A DNA stretch of 64,000 nucleotides from Balanoglossus misakiensis (taxonomy: Eukaryota > Animalia > Hemichordata), in NCBI GenBank assembly GCA_040954595.2, contig JBECUI020000024.1, forward strand, positions 124,001-188,000, written 5' to 3'. Position 1 is the first letter of the stretch. The number at the start of each line of letters is the position of its first letter. The notes beneath the pieces were generated by a model. That model was given only the letters and a program-made list of their open reading frames with translations, did no database searches and was not told where the DNA came from. Position numbers and translations under genes: made by a program. Below, piece after piece: positions 1 to 12,100 of this stretch.

Positions 1-3000
1 TACGGCTTAGCTCGACTAAAACCCAGGCACACTATGACAGACACTAGCGTTCGTTAGCAACGTTGATCAAGTCAGATTTCCTACGGCATGGCTTGGCTAA
101 AGCCCTGGCACTATAGAGCAGAAACACGCGTACAGAGACCACGTTGATCTACTCACATTTCCTTCGGCCAGGCACGGCTGATGCCCCGGCACTATATATA
201 GGACACAGACTGGCGTAAGTTAACAACGGTAATCACGTCGGGTTTCCTACGGCCTGGCTCAGCTGAAGCCCCGGCACTCTAGAGCAGAAACAGGCGTACA
301 TTGACCACGTTGATCAAGTCAGATTTCCTACGGCGTGACTCGGCTGGTACACCGGCTCTATATGACACAGACTGGCGTAAGTTACCAACGGTGATTACGT
401 CGGATTTCCTACGGCCTGGTTTAGCTGAAGCCCCGGCACTTTAGAGCGGAAACACGCGTACATTGACCACGATGATCAAGTCAGATCTCCTACGGCCTGG
501 CTCGACTAAAACCCCGGCACACCATGACAGACACTAGCGTTTGTTAGCAACGTTGATCAAGTCGGAATTCCTTAGGCCTGGCTCTGCAAAAGACCCGACA
601 CTCTAGAGCAGAAACACGCGTACAGAGACCACGTTGATCTACTCGGATTTCCTTCGGCCTGGCTCTGCAAAAGACCCGACACTCTAGTACAAAGACGTTG
701 GCTAAGTCGGGCAAACCGAAGAGGGAAAGTCACAGCGGGTCAACACTCGACATTTGTTCGGGTAGGACTGCATTATTGCCTGTCAATTTATAGAGAAAGC
801 CCGAATTTTGACCAGGGCGCTTCAAACACCGACGTTAGTTGGGGGCACGGCCTGCAGTACTGCCGGGTAAGCTCATATCGGCGTACCGCATATAATGTAG
901 GGGGGGGGGGGGAAACAGAACGGTTCAATACTACATTTATTAGATATCAGCTTATTTTGGACAATCATCTAAAATCTAAATCATTTTTTCATATTTGGAT
1001 ATCTAATGATGTATGAAATTTCCATTATATGTAAACATGGTGCTGATTATAAAAAATGCACTCTGAATGAGCTGATTTAATACAAAATTGCGTTTTATTC
1101 GTTTTTGCACCAAAAAGGTCATTTTTAGGCAAAACATTCTTTATTTTATTAATTCGGTGACCTGATCATATATAAACAATTGCTTGTATGTTAAAAGTTT
1201 TGATGACTTTTAAAAGCAGTGACATTGGCGGCATTCAACACGAAAATAACAATTTTAGCCACAATTTGGACAAAATGGTAAATTTTTGAAAATTACAAAA
1301 AATACCTGTTTTCTACATTTTCGGAAATCTGATGGAGTATAGAATGCTCTTCGTATGTATATATCGATACAAATTCCACGAAAGACCGTCTAATTTGGCT
1401 CACTGCAGACAAAATTGCGTTTTACCAAATTTTCCTTGAAAATGTCATTTTTAGAAAAAAAAATAAAAAAAACCTTTGTTCTTCGAATTTGGTGCCCTGA
1501 TCATATATGACATGTTGATTGTATGTTAAAACTTTCGACCACTCCAAAAATGCAAAGATATTGACGGAATTCAAGAAAAAATAGCCATTTTGGCCATATT
1601 TTGACAAAAATGGTAAATTTTTGAAAAATCATAAAAAATTAACTCTTTTCTTCATTTTCGGAAATATTATGGAGCATGAAGTGTCGTTCTCTTGTAAAAA
1701 GTGCTGCAAATTCCAGAAAAGGCGGTATAATTTGAATCACCCAAGACAAAATTACCATTTTCGACTTTTTTTCGAAAAATTGTCTTTTTTACAAAATAAA
1801 TAAGAATAAATTCTTTTCTTAGTTTCAAACGGGTAGAGATACTTTCCACACGGGTTTTCTAACATTGAATTCCCGTTCATCAACTCAGATTTCCTACAGT
1901 ATAAGTCGGCTAAAACCCTGACACTCTAGAGCAGAAACAGTTGCACACTGTTAACGTTGAACAAGTCGATTTTTCTACTGCCTGGCTCGGCTAAATCTCC
2001 GTCACAATATGACAGACACTAGCGTACGTTAGCAACGGTGATCAAGTCAGATTTTCTACGGCATGGCTTGGATAAAGCCCTGACACTCTAGAGCAGAAAC
2101 AGTTGCACACTGTTAACGTTGAACAAGTCGATTTTTCTACTGCCTGGCTCGGCTAAATCTCCGTCACAATATGACAGACACTAGCGTACGTTAGCAACGG
2201 TGATCAAGTCAGATTTTTAACGGCATGGGTTTCCTACGGCCTGGCTCAGCTGAAGCCCCGGCACTCTAGAGAAGAAACACGCGTACAGAGACCACGTTGA
2301 TCAAGTCTGATCTCCTACGGCTTAGCTCGACTAAAACCCAGGCACACTATGACAGACACTAGCGTTCGTTAGCAACGTTGATCAAGTCAGATTTCCTACG
2401 GCATGGCTTGGATAAAGCCCAGGCACTCTAGAGCAGAAAAACGCGTACAGAGACCACGTTGATCAAGTCTGATCTCCTACGGCTTAGCTCGACTAAAACC
2501 CAGGCACACTATGACAGACACTAGCGTTCGTTAGCAACGTTGATCAAGTCAGATTTCCTACGGCATGGCTTGGCTAAAGCCCTGGCACTATAGAGCAGAA
2601 ACACGCGTACAGAGACCACGTTGATCTACTCACATTTCCTTCGGCCAGGCACGGCTGATGCCCCGGCACTATATATAGGACACAGACTGGCGTAAGTTAA
2701 CAACGGTAATCACGTCGGGTTTCCTACGGCCTGGCTCAGCTGAAGCCCCGGCACTCTAGAGCAGAAACAGGCGTACATTGACCACGTTGATCAAGTCAGA
2801 TTTCCTACGGCGTGACTCGGCTGGTACACCGGCTCTATATGACACAGACTGGCGTAAGTTACCAACGGTGATTACGTCGGATTTCCTACGGCCTGGTTTA
2901 GCTGAAGCCCCGGCACTTTAGAGCGGAAACACGCGTACATTGACCACGATGATCAAGTCAGATCTCCTACGGCCTGGCTCGACTAAAACCCCGGCACACC

Positions 3001-6000
3001 ATGACAGACACTAGCGTTTGTTAGCAACGTTGATCAAGTCGGAATTCCTTAGGCCTGGCTCTGCAAAAGACCCGACACTCTAGAGCAGAAACACGCGTAC
3101 AGAGACCACGTTGATCTACTCGGATTTCCTTCGGCCTGGCTCTGCAAAAGACCCGACACTCTAGTACAAAGACGTTGGCTAAGTCGGGCAAACCGAAGAG
3201 GGAAAGTCACAGCGGGTCAACACTCGACATTTGTTCGGGTAGGACTGCATTATTGCCTGTCAATTTATAGAGAAAGCCCGAATTTAACCAGGGCGCTTCA
3301 AACACCGACGTTAGTTGGGGGCACGGCCTGCAGTACTGCCGGGTAAGCTCACATCGGCGTACCGCATATAATGTAGGGGGGGGGGGGGGAAACAGAACGG
3401 TTCAATACTACATTTATTAGATATCAGCTTATTTTGGACAATCATCTAAAATCTAAATCATTTTTTCATATTTGGATATCTAATGATGTATGAAATTTCC
3501 ATTATATGTAAACATGGTGCTGATTATAAAAAATGCACTCTGAATGAGCTGATTTAATACAAAATTGCGTTTTATTCGTTTTTGCACCAAAAAGGTCATT
3601 TTTAGGCAAAACATTCTTTATTTTATTAATTCGGTGACCTGATCATATATAAACAATTGCTTGTATGTTAAAAGTTTTTATGACTTTTAAAAGCAGTGAC
3701 ATTGGCGGCATTCAACACGAAAATAACAATTTTAGCCACAATTTGGACAAAATGGTAAATTTTTGAAAATTACAAAAAATACCTGTTTTCTACATTTTCG
3801 GAAATCTGATGGAGTATAGAATGCTCTTCGTATGTATATATCGATACAAATTCCACGAAAGACCGTCTAATTTGGCTCACTGCAGACAAAATTGCGTTTT
3901 ACCAAATTTTCCTTGAAAATGTCATTTTTAGAAAAAAAATAAAAAAAACCTTTGTTCTTCGAATTTGGTGCCCTGATCATATATGACATGTTGATTGTAT
4001 GTTAAAACTTTCGACCACTCCAAAAATGCAAAGATATTGACGGAATTCAAGAAAAAATAGCCATTTTGGCCATATTTTGACAAAAATGGTAAATTTTTGA
4101 AAAATCATAAAAAATTAACTCTTTTCTTCATTTTCGGAAATATTATGGAGCATGAAGTGTCGTTCTCTTGTAAAAAGTGCTGCAAATTCCAGAAAAGGCG
4201 GTATAATTTGAATCACCCAAGAAAAGATTACCATTTTCGACTTTTTTTTCGAAAAATTGTCTTTTTTACAAAATAAATAAGAATAAATTCTTTTCTTAGT
4301 TTCAAACGGGTAGAGATACTTTCCACACGGGTTTTCTAACATTGAATTCCCGTTCATCAACTCAGATTTCCTACAGTATAAGTCGGCTAAAACCCTGACA
4401 CTCTAGAGCAGAAACAGTTGCACACTGTTAACGTTGAACAAGTCGATTTTTCTACTGCCTGGCTCGGCTAAATCTCCGTCACAATATGACAGACACTAGC
4501 GTACGTTAGCAACGGTGATCAAGTCAGGTTTTCTACGGCATGGCTTGGATAAAGCCCTGACACTCTAGAGCAGAAACAGTTGCACACTGTTAACGTTGAA
4601 CAAGTCGATTTTTCTACTGCCTGGCTCGGCTAAATCTCCGTCACAATATGACAGACACTAGCGTACGTTAGCAACGGTGATCAAGTCAGATTTTTAACGG
4701 CATGGGTTTCCTACGGCCTGGCTCAGCTGAAGCCCCGGCACTCTAGAGGAGAAACACGCGTACAGAGACCACGTTGATCAAGTCTGATCTCCTACGGCTT
4801 GGCTCGACTGAAACCCCGGCACACTATGACAGACACTAGCGTTCGTTAGCAACGTTGATTAATTCAGATTTCCTACGGCATGGCTTGGCTAAAGCCCTGG
4901 CACTCTAGAGCAGAAACACGCGTACAGAAACCACGTTGATCTACTCACATTTCCTTCGGCCTGGCACGGCGGATGCCCCGGCACTATATATAGGACACAG
5001 ACTGGCGTAAGTTAACAACGGTAATCACGTCGGGTTTCCTACGGCCTGGCTCAGCTGAAGCCCCGGCACTCTAGAGCAGAAACAGGCGTACATTGACCAC
5101 GTTGATCAAGTCAGATTTCCTACGGCGTGACTCGGCTGGTGCACCGGCTCTATATGACACAGACTGGCGTATGTTATCAACGGTGATTACGTCGGATTTC
5201 CTCCGGCCTGGTTTAGCTGAAGCCCCGGCACTTTAGAGCGGAAACACGCGTACATTGACCACGATGATCAAGTCAGATCTCCTACGGCCTGGCTCGACTA
5301 AAACCCCGGCACACCATGACAGACACTAGCGTTCGTTAGCAACGGTGATCAAGTCGGATTTCCTTCGGCCTGGCTCTGCAAAAGACCCGACACTCTAGTA
5401 CAAAGACGTTGGCTAAGTCGGGCAAACCGAAGAGGGAAAGTCACAGCGGTCAACACTCGACATTTGTTCCGGTAGGACTGCATTATTGCCTGTCAATTTA
5501 TAGAGAGAGCCCGAATTTAACCAGGGCGTTTCAAACACCGACGTTAGTTGGGGCCACGGCCTGCAGTACTGCCGGGTAAGCTGACATCGGCGTACCGCAT
5601 ATAATGTAAGGGGGGGGGGGAACAGAACGGTTCAATACTACATTTATTAGATATCAGCTAATTTTGGACAATCATCTAAAATCTAAATCATTTTTTCATA
5701 TTTGGATATCTGATGATGTATGAAATTTCCATTATATGTAAAAATGGTGCTTATTATAAAAATGCACTCTGAATGAGCTGATTTAATACAAAATTGCGTT
5801 TTATTCGTTTTTGCACCAAAAAGGTCATTTTTAGGCAAAACATTCTTTATTTTTTTAATTCGGTGACCTGATCATATATAAACAATTGCTTGTATGTTAA
5901 AAGTTTTTAAGACTTTTAAAAGCAGTGACACTGGCGGCATTCAACACGAAAATAACAATTTTAGCCACAATTTGGTCAAAATGGTAAATTGTTGAAAATT

Positions 6001-9000
6001 ACAAAAATACCTGTTTTCTACATTTTCGGAAATCTGATGGAGTATAGAATGCTCGTCGTATGTATATATCGATACAAATTCCACAAATGACCGTCTAATT
6101 TGTCTCACTGCAGACAAAATTGCTTTTTACCAAATTTTACTTGAAAATGTCATTTTTAGAAAAACAAATAAAAAAACCTTTGTTCTTCGAATTTGGTGCC
6201 CTGATCATATATGACATGTTGATTGTATGTTAAGACTTTCGACCACTCCAAAAATGCAGAGATATTGACGGAATTCAAGAAAAAATAGCCATTTTGGCCA
6301 TATTTTGACAAAAATGGTAAATTTTAAAAAAATCATAAAAAATTAACTCTTTTCTTATTTTTTCGGAAATATTATGGAGCATGAAGTGTCGTTCTCTTGT
6401 AAAAAGTGCTGCAAATTCCAGAAAAGGCGGTATAATTTAAATCACCCAAGACAAAATTACCTTTTTCGACTTTTTTTTCGAAAATTGTCTTTTTTACAAA
6501 ATAAATAAGAATAAATTCTTTTCTTAGTTTCAAATGGGTAGAGATACTTTCCACACGGGTTTTCTAACATTGAATTCCCGTTCATCAACTCAGATTTCCT
6601 ACAGCATAAGTCGGCTAAAACCCTGACACTCTAGAGCAGAAACAGTTGCATACTGGTAACGTTGAACAAGTCGATGTTTCTACGGCCTGGCTCCGCTAAA
6701 TGTCCGTCACAATATGACTGACACTAGCGTACGTTAGCAACGGTGATCAAGTCAGATTTTCTACGGCATGGCTTGAATAAAGCCCCGGCACTCTAGAGCA
6801 GAAACACGCGTACAGAGACCACGTTGATCAAGTCCGATCTCCTACGGCTTGGCTCGACTGAAACCCCGGCACACTATGACAGACACTAGCGTTCGTTAGC
6901 AACGTTGATTAATTCAGATTTCCTACGGCATGGCTTGGCTAAAGCCCTGGCACTCTAGAGCAGAAACACGCGTACAGAAACCACGTTGATCTACTCACAT
7001 TTCCTTCGGCCTGGCACGGCTGATGCCCCGGCGCTATATATAGGACACAGACTGGCGTAAGTTAACAACGGTAATCACGTCGGGTTTCCTACGGCCTGGC
7101 TCAGCTGAAGCCCCTGCACTCTAGAGCAGAAACAGGCGTACATTGACCACGTTGATCAAGTCAGATTTCCTACGGCGTGACTCGGCTGGTGCACCGGCTC
7201 TATATGACACAGACTGGCGTAAGTTATCAACGGTGATTACGTCGGATTTCCTACGGCCTGGTTTAGCTGAAGCCCCGGCACTTTAGAGCGGAAACACGCG
7301 TACATTGACCACGATGATCAAGTCAGATCTCCTACGGTCTGGCTCGACTAAAACCCCGGCACACCATGACAGACACTAGCGTTCGTTAGCAACGGTGATC
7401 AAGTCGGATTTCCGTCGGCCTGGCTCTGCAAAAGACCCGACACTCTAGTACAAAGACGTTGGCAAGTCGGGCAAACCGAAGAGGGAAAGTCACAGCGGGT
7501 CAACACTCGACATTTGTTCGGGTAGGACTGCATTATTGTCTGTCAATTTATAGAGAAAGCCCGAATTTAACCAGGGCGTTTCAAACACCGACGTTAGTTG
7601 GGGGCACGGCCTGCAGTACTGCTGGGTAAGCTGACATCGGCGTACCTCATATAATGTAGGGGGGGGGGGGGGGACGGAACGGTTCAATACTACATTTATT
7701 AGATATCAGCTAATTTTGGACAATCATCTAAAATCTAAATCATTTTTTCATATTTGGATATCTGATGATGTATGAAATTTCCATTATATGTAAACATGGT
7801 GCTGATTATAAAAAATGCACTCTGAATGAGCTGATTTAATACAAAATTGCGTTTTATTCGTTTTTGCACCAAAAAGGTCATTTTTAGGCAAAACATTCTT
7901 TATTTTATTAATTCGGTGACCTGATCATATATAAACAATTGCTTGTATGTTAAAAGTTTTTATGACTTTTAAAAGCAGTGACACTGGCGGCATTCAACAC
8001 GAAAATAACAATTTTAGCCATAATTTGGTCAAAATGGTAAATTTTTGAAAATTACAAAAAATACCTGTTTTCTACATTTTCGGAAATCTGATGGAGTATA
8101 GAATGCTCTTCGTATGTATATATCGATACAAATTCCACAAAAAAACGGCCAATTTGGCTCACTGCAGACAAAATTGCGTTTTAGCAAATTTTCCTTGAAA
8201 ATGTCATTTTTAGAAAAAAAAAATAAAAAAAACCTTTGTTCTTCGAATTTGGTGCCCTGATCATATATGACATGTTGATTGTATGTTAAAACTCTCGACC
8301 ACTCCAAAAATGCAGAGATATTGACGGAATTCAAGAAAAATAGCCATTTGGCCATATTTTGACAAAAATGGTAAATTTTTAAAAAATCATAAAAAATTAA
8401 CTCTTTTCTTCATTTTCGGAAATATTATGGAGCATGAAGTGTCCTTCTCCTGTAAAAAGTGCTGCAAATTCCAGAAAAGGCGGTATAATTTGAATCACCC
8501 AAGACAAAATTACCATTATCGATTTTTTTTCGAAAAATTGTCTTTTTTACAAAATAAATAAGAATAAATTCTTTTCTTAGTTTCAAACGGGTAGAGATAC
8601 TTTCCACACGGGTTTTCTAACATTGAATTCCCGTTCATCAACTCAGATTTCCTACAGCATAAGTCGGCTAAAACCCTGACACTCTAGAGCAGAAACAGTT
8701 GCACACTGGTAACGTTGAACAAGTCGATTTTTCTACGGCCTGGCTCGGCTATATCTCCGTCACAATATGACAGACACTAGCGTACGTTAGCAACGGTGAT
8801 CAAGTCAGATTTCCTACGGCCTGGTTTAGCTGAAGCCCCGGCACTTTAGAGTGGAAACACGCCTACAGAGACCACGTTGATCTACTCACATTTCCTTCGG
8901 CCTGGCACGGCTGATGCCCCGGCACTATATATAGGACACAGACTGGCGTAAGTTAACAACGGTAATCACGTCGGGTTTCCTACGGCCTGGCTCAGCTGAA

Positions 9001-9170
9001 GCCCCGGCACTCTAGAGCAGAAATAGGCGTACATTGACCACGTTGGTCAAGTCAGATTTCCTACGGCGTGACTCGGCTGGTGCACCGGCTCTATATGAGA
9101 CAGACTGGCGTAAGTTATCAACGGTGATTACGTCGGATTTTCTACGGCCTGGTTTTGCTGAAGCCCCGGC
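1..9170. repeat. Macrosatellite array, block 1 (about 4 units of 2.0-2.5 kb)
   Basis: Near-identical units recur, with poly-G anchors at 900, 3376, 5610 and 7659. Each unit = variable number of ~80-bp monomers (GATTTCCTACGGC... at 75, 156, 241, 322, ~404, 484) + unique segment + poly-G + AT-rich block. Confidence 0.97.
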
Positions 9171-12100
9171 CGATGTGGGATTTCCCTTTATTGTGTGTTT
9201 TACAATGGGTAAAGCAGTTTCTCACACTGTTAAACTATTTTTATTGATGGAAAAGTGGTAAAAATACTGGAGAAACAATGTAAAATCACCTTTTACTGAG
9301 TTTTCTCTTACTAATTAGCATAAAAATTGTTATAAAACAGTAAACGATCCAGTGTATTTTTACACACACACACCTCTCTCGACTCACACAGATCTGCAGA
9401 ATGTATGCATGTGTTATGGTACATATTCTGAAATGATTCACAGCAAGATCACTACATATACATTGAAACTTTTTAAATTCGAAACGACAATATACATATA
9501 TATACATTATCTACTGTTCAACAATCTTTATTTCACTTTTGGTATGGCCCACGTTTTTTAATTTCTGGTACAACATGGCTGGGGTGTGATTTTATGTGGT
9601 GATCTTTCATCATTAACTCTACCTTCTTTAGATTGTCCCCAGGTACACAGTTATAACTTCTCAGTGATTTATTCATGCGATGGTGGGTTGATTCTATCCC
9701 TTGTTCAGAAAACAAGCCCAACCCTCTCTGAAAATGCCTCACCCTTTTTGCAACATGGCACTCAAGCAGATGGACTTTGGGAAAAACATTCTGGGATGGG
9801 AACGTTTCTCTGTAATGCTGTAGTAGCTGTGAAATAGCAGAATCTGAAAAAAAGGAAAGAATTATAAAATAGCATATGCATAGTGAAAACATTACAAAAA
9901 ATTTCTATGTATCATCTACAGTTTCTCATATTACTTTCCACACTTGTATATTCACAACTGAATCTATATATATGCTATATATATATAGAACAAAAATCAT
10001 GCACTGCTATAAGATTGCATTGGGATGCTTACTTGTATTATATATTTAATGATGCTAGTAGGAAGTGCACAAGGAACTGTAGTTGATTTGAAGAACAATA
10101 ACATGAAGTGTTTACAAACAATGAAGCTGTAATATATTTGAAGTTATTTGTGACATTAAAAAAACTACTGAAAAATACAGTACAATAAAAATACTGAAAT
10201 AAAAGCATGCAGGAATACTTATCTGAATAAATAACAAGCTTATATCCTGTGCATGGATTGATATCCCAAATTGTAGAATACAACAGTATGTTATCCAAAC
10301 TTTGAGATGGAAATCATTAAACTAAACAAATGCAGAAACAGAGAAAATATTAGTAGGGAAATCAAATCTCCAAAATACAATCTTCTTCATGTTGGCATGC
10401 AAACAGCACCTGAGAAATAAATACTGTACAACTAGAAACTCTATTACATGAAAAGGTAAATAAAATCTTTCATGAGACATTGTATACTCAACACACCCAA
10501 TGTATCAATTTCCTCAGCGCAGAGTTCTCTATTCACAGAATATATGTTATGGCAGGTAGCAAAGTGTGTAAACAGTTGTTGATGCTTTGACATAATTTGC
10601 CGAGCGTTGCTGAAAAGATCAGGACAACATTTCTCAGTTGTAGTTACTACACTGTCACAAAGGATAGTAACATGCTTTGGCTGAAAAGTAAAATAGATGG
10701 TTACTCCACTGACATGTACACGAAGGCATGTTCAGAACATAGAAAAAATTAAACCTAAAATTTGTAACAATTGAAAACTATGAACATTTATGCAGTCTTT
10801 TAACATTTTCTTTCACAATGATATAAAATCAATTATTTATGTAAATAAATGTAAAATGAAAATTATGAACTAACTACATGTTTACTATCTGCATAGTACA
10901 TTTCACAAAAGTAAAACCTGATTACAACTAATGTTGATTCACATTAATGCATGCTTATGATTGGTGGACATGCACAAAAACTGAAAAGGAAAATGTTTGT
11001 ATTTAAAAAAAGAAAACACATTCTGAAAGAGAACTTGAAACAAATTGACAAAGTGTCAGTGGTCATGCAAACTCAGAACAATATTTATCCTACATGGTAT
11101 GACAAACCTTGCAACATTTGTTGACATGATTGCCAACAAAGGCCTGGCTATGGTAATCCTGCAAGTGTACATTAATTTTTGCAAGGGCTCTATCAAGAGC
11201 CCTCACAGTATAACCTGCATGTTGCGGGAGTTTTCCTTTCAAGTCTTCAATTATCTGAAGCTAAGAAAGTATGATAATCCATTTGTTACTTTTCCTGTAA
11301 AGTGAATAAAAGTAAAATTAGATGAAAAACAATTGAAAGTCGAACAACATTAAGATATTAACCTTTTCCTTTGCCTGATCATGTAATTGTGAACACTCCT
11401 TTTCCATTTGCATGGCCTGGACAAGTGAGGGTTGACTGTCGTCATTGTCGTCATCATCATCATCATCGTCGTCCCCACTTTCTTCCAGTAACATTGCTTT
11501 GTCAATGGCACCTCTAACACTTTCTGCCCTATCCTGTAGCTCAGCCAGTAAGGATTCTTCTTTCATGATTTTGTTGATGATGTTGACATACTCGTCAAAC
11601 AACTCACAGGGCAGAACGGGCTCATCAATATCATCCTCTCTTGCTAAACGCAGGAAGATTTCAACATCATGCAATCTGCATGCCTCTTGCAGCATCTTAA
11701 ACCATCGGTGAAAAATTCCAAGAGAAATGTGTAACACTGGCAGAGCAACCTAAGTGTATATGAAGAAGATCATTAGAGGGACAATATCTGTAACTTTAGG
11801 CTACTTTTGTCAGTATCTTCTTGACATGAAATCACTTTTTAGCATAAACAACCATGCTCGCACTCACATATATGAGGTTAACTGAGCAAATTAATAATAA
11901 ACGTTTCATATGGGGGTGGGGGACTCAAGGTACACACTTTTTAACAAAATAAAAATACTGACAAAAGTTGCTAAATGAAGCTTTAAATACTAATATAATA
12001 ATCTAAAAGATCTGGTTGAGAAAAAAGAAATATTAATATTGTTGATGAATGTCAATTTCACTAACCCTTTTAAGTGGGATATTGAACAATGGTTTACGTA

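Noticed and set aside
261-292. Possible hammerhead ribozyme (CTGAAG...GAAAC) in satellite monomers
   Set aside because: The core reads CTGAAGC or CTGATGC rather than CTGANGA, and I could not form stems I-III convincingly.
1-700. CRISPR-like appearance of the ~80-bp periodic array
   Set aside because: Whole monomers are homologous and recur in each unit. There are no unique spacers and no cas genes, and the context is eukaryotic.
244-873. Functional 5S rRNA genes
   Set aside because: There is no contiguous ~120-nt 5S sequence and no oligo-T terminator; only fragmentary similarity, reported as a hypothesis under findings.
1422-1849. Recurrent short ORFs (MESISTRLKLRKEF..., MSKYGQNGYFF...) in every unit
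   Set aside because: They are chance frames in the AT-rich satellite block; copies differ by homopolymer frameshifts and show no protein motif.
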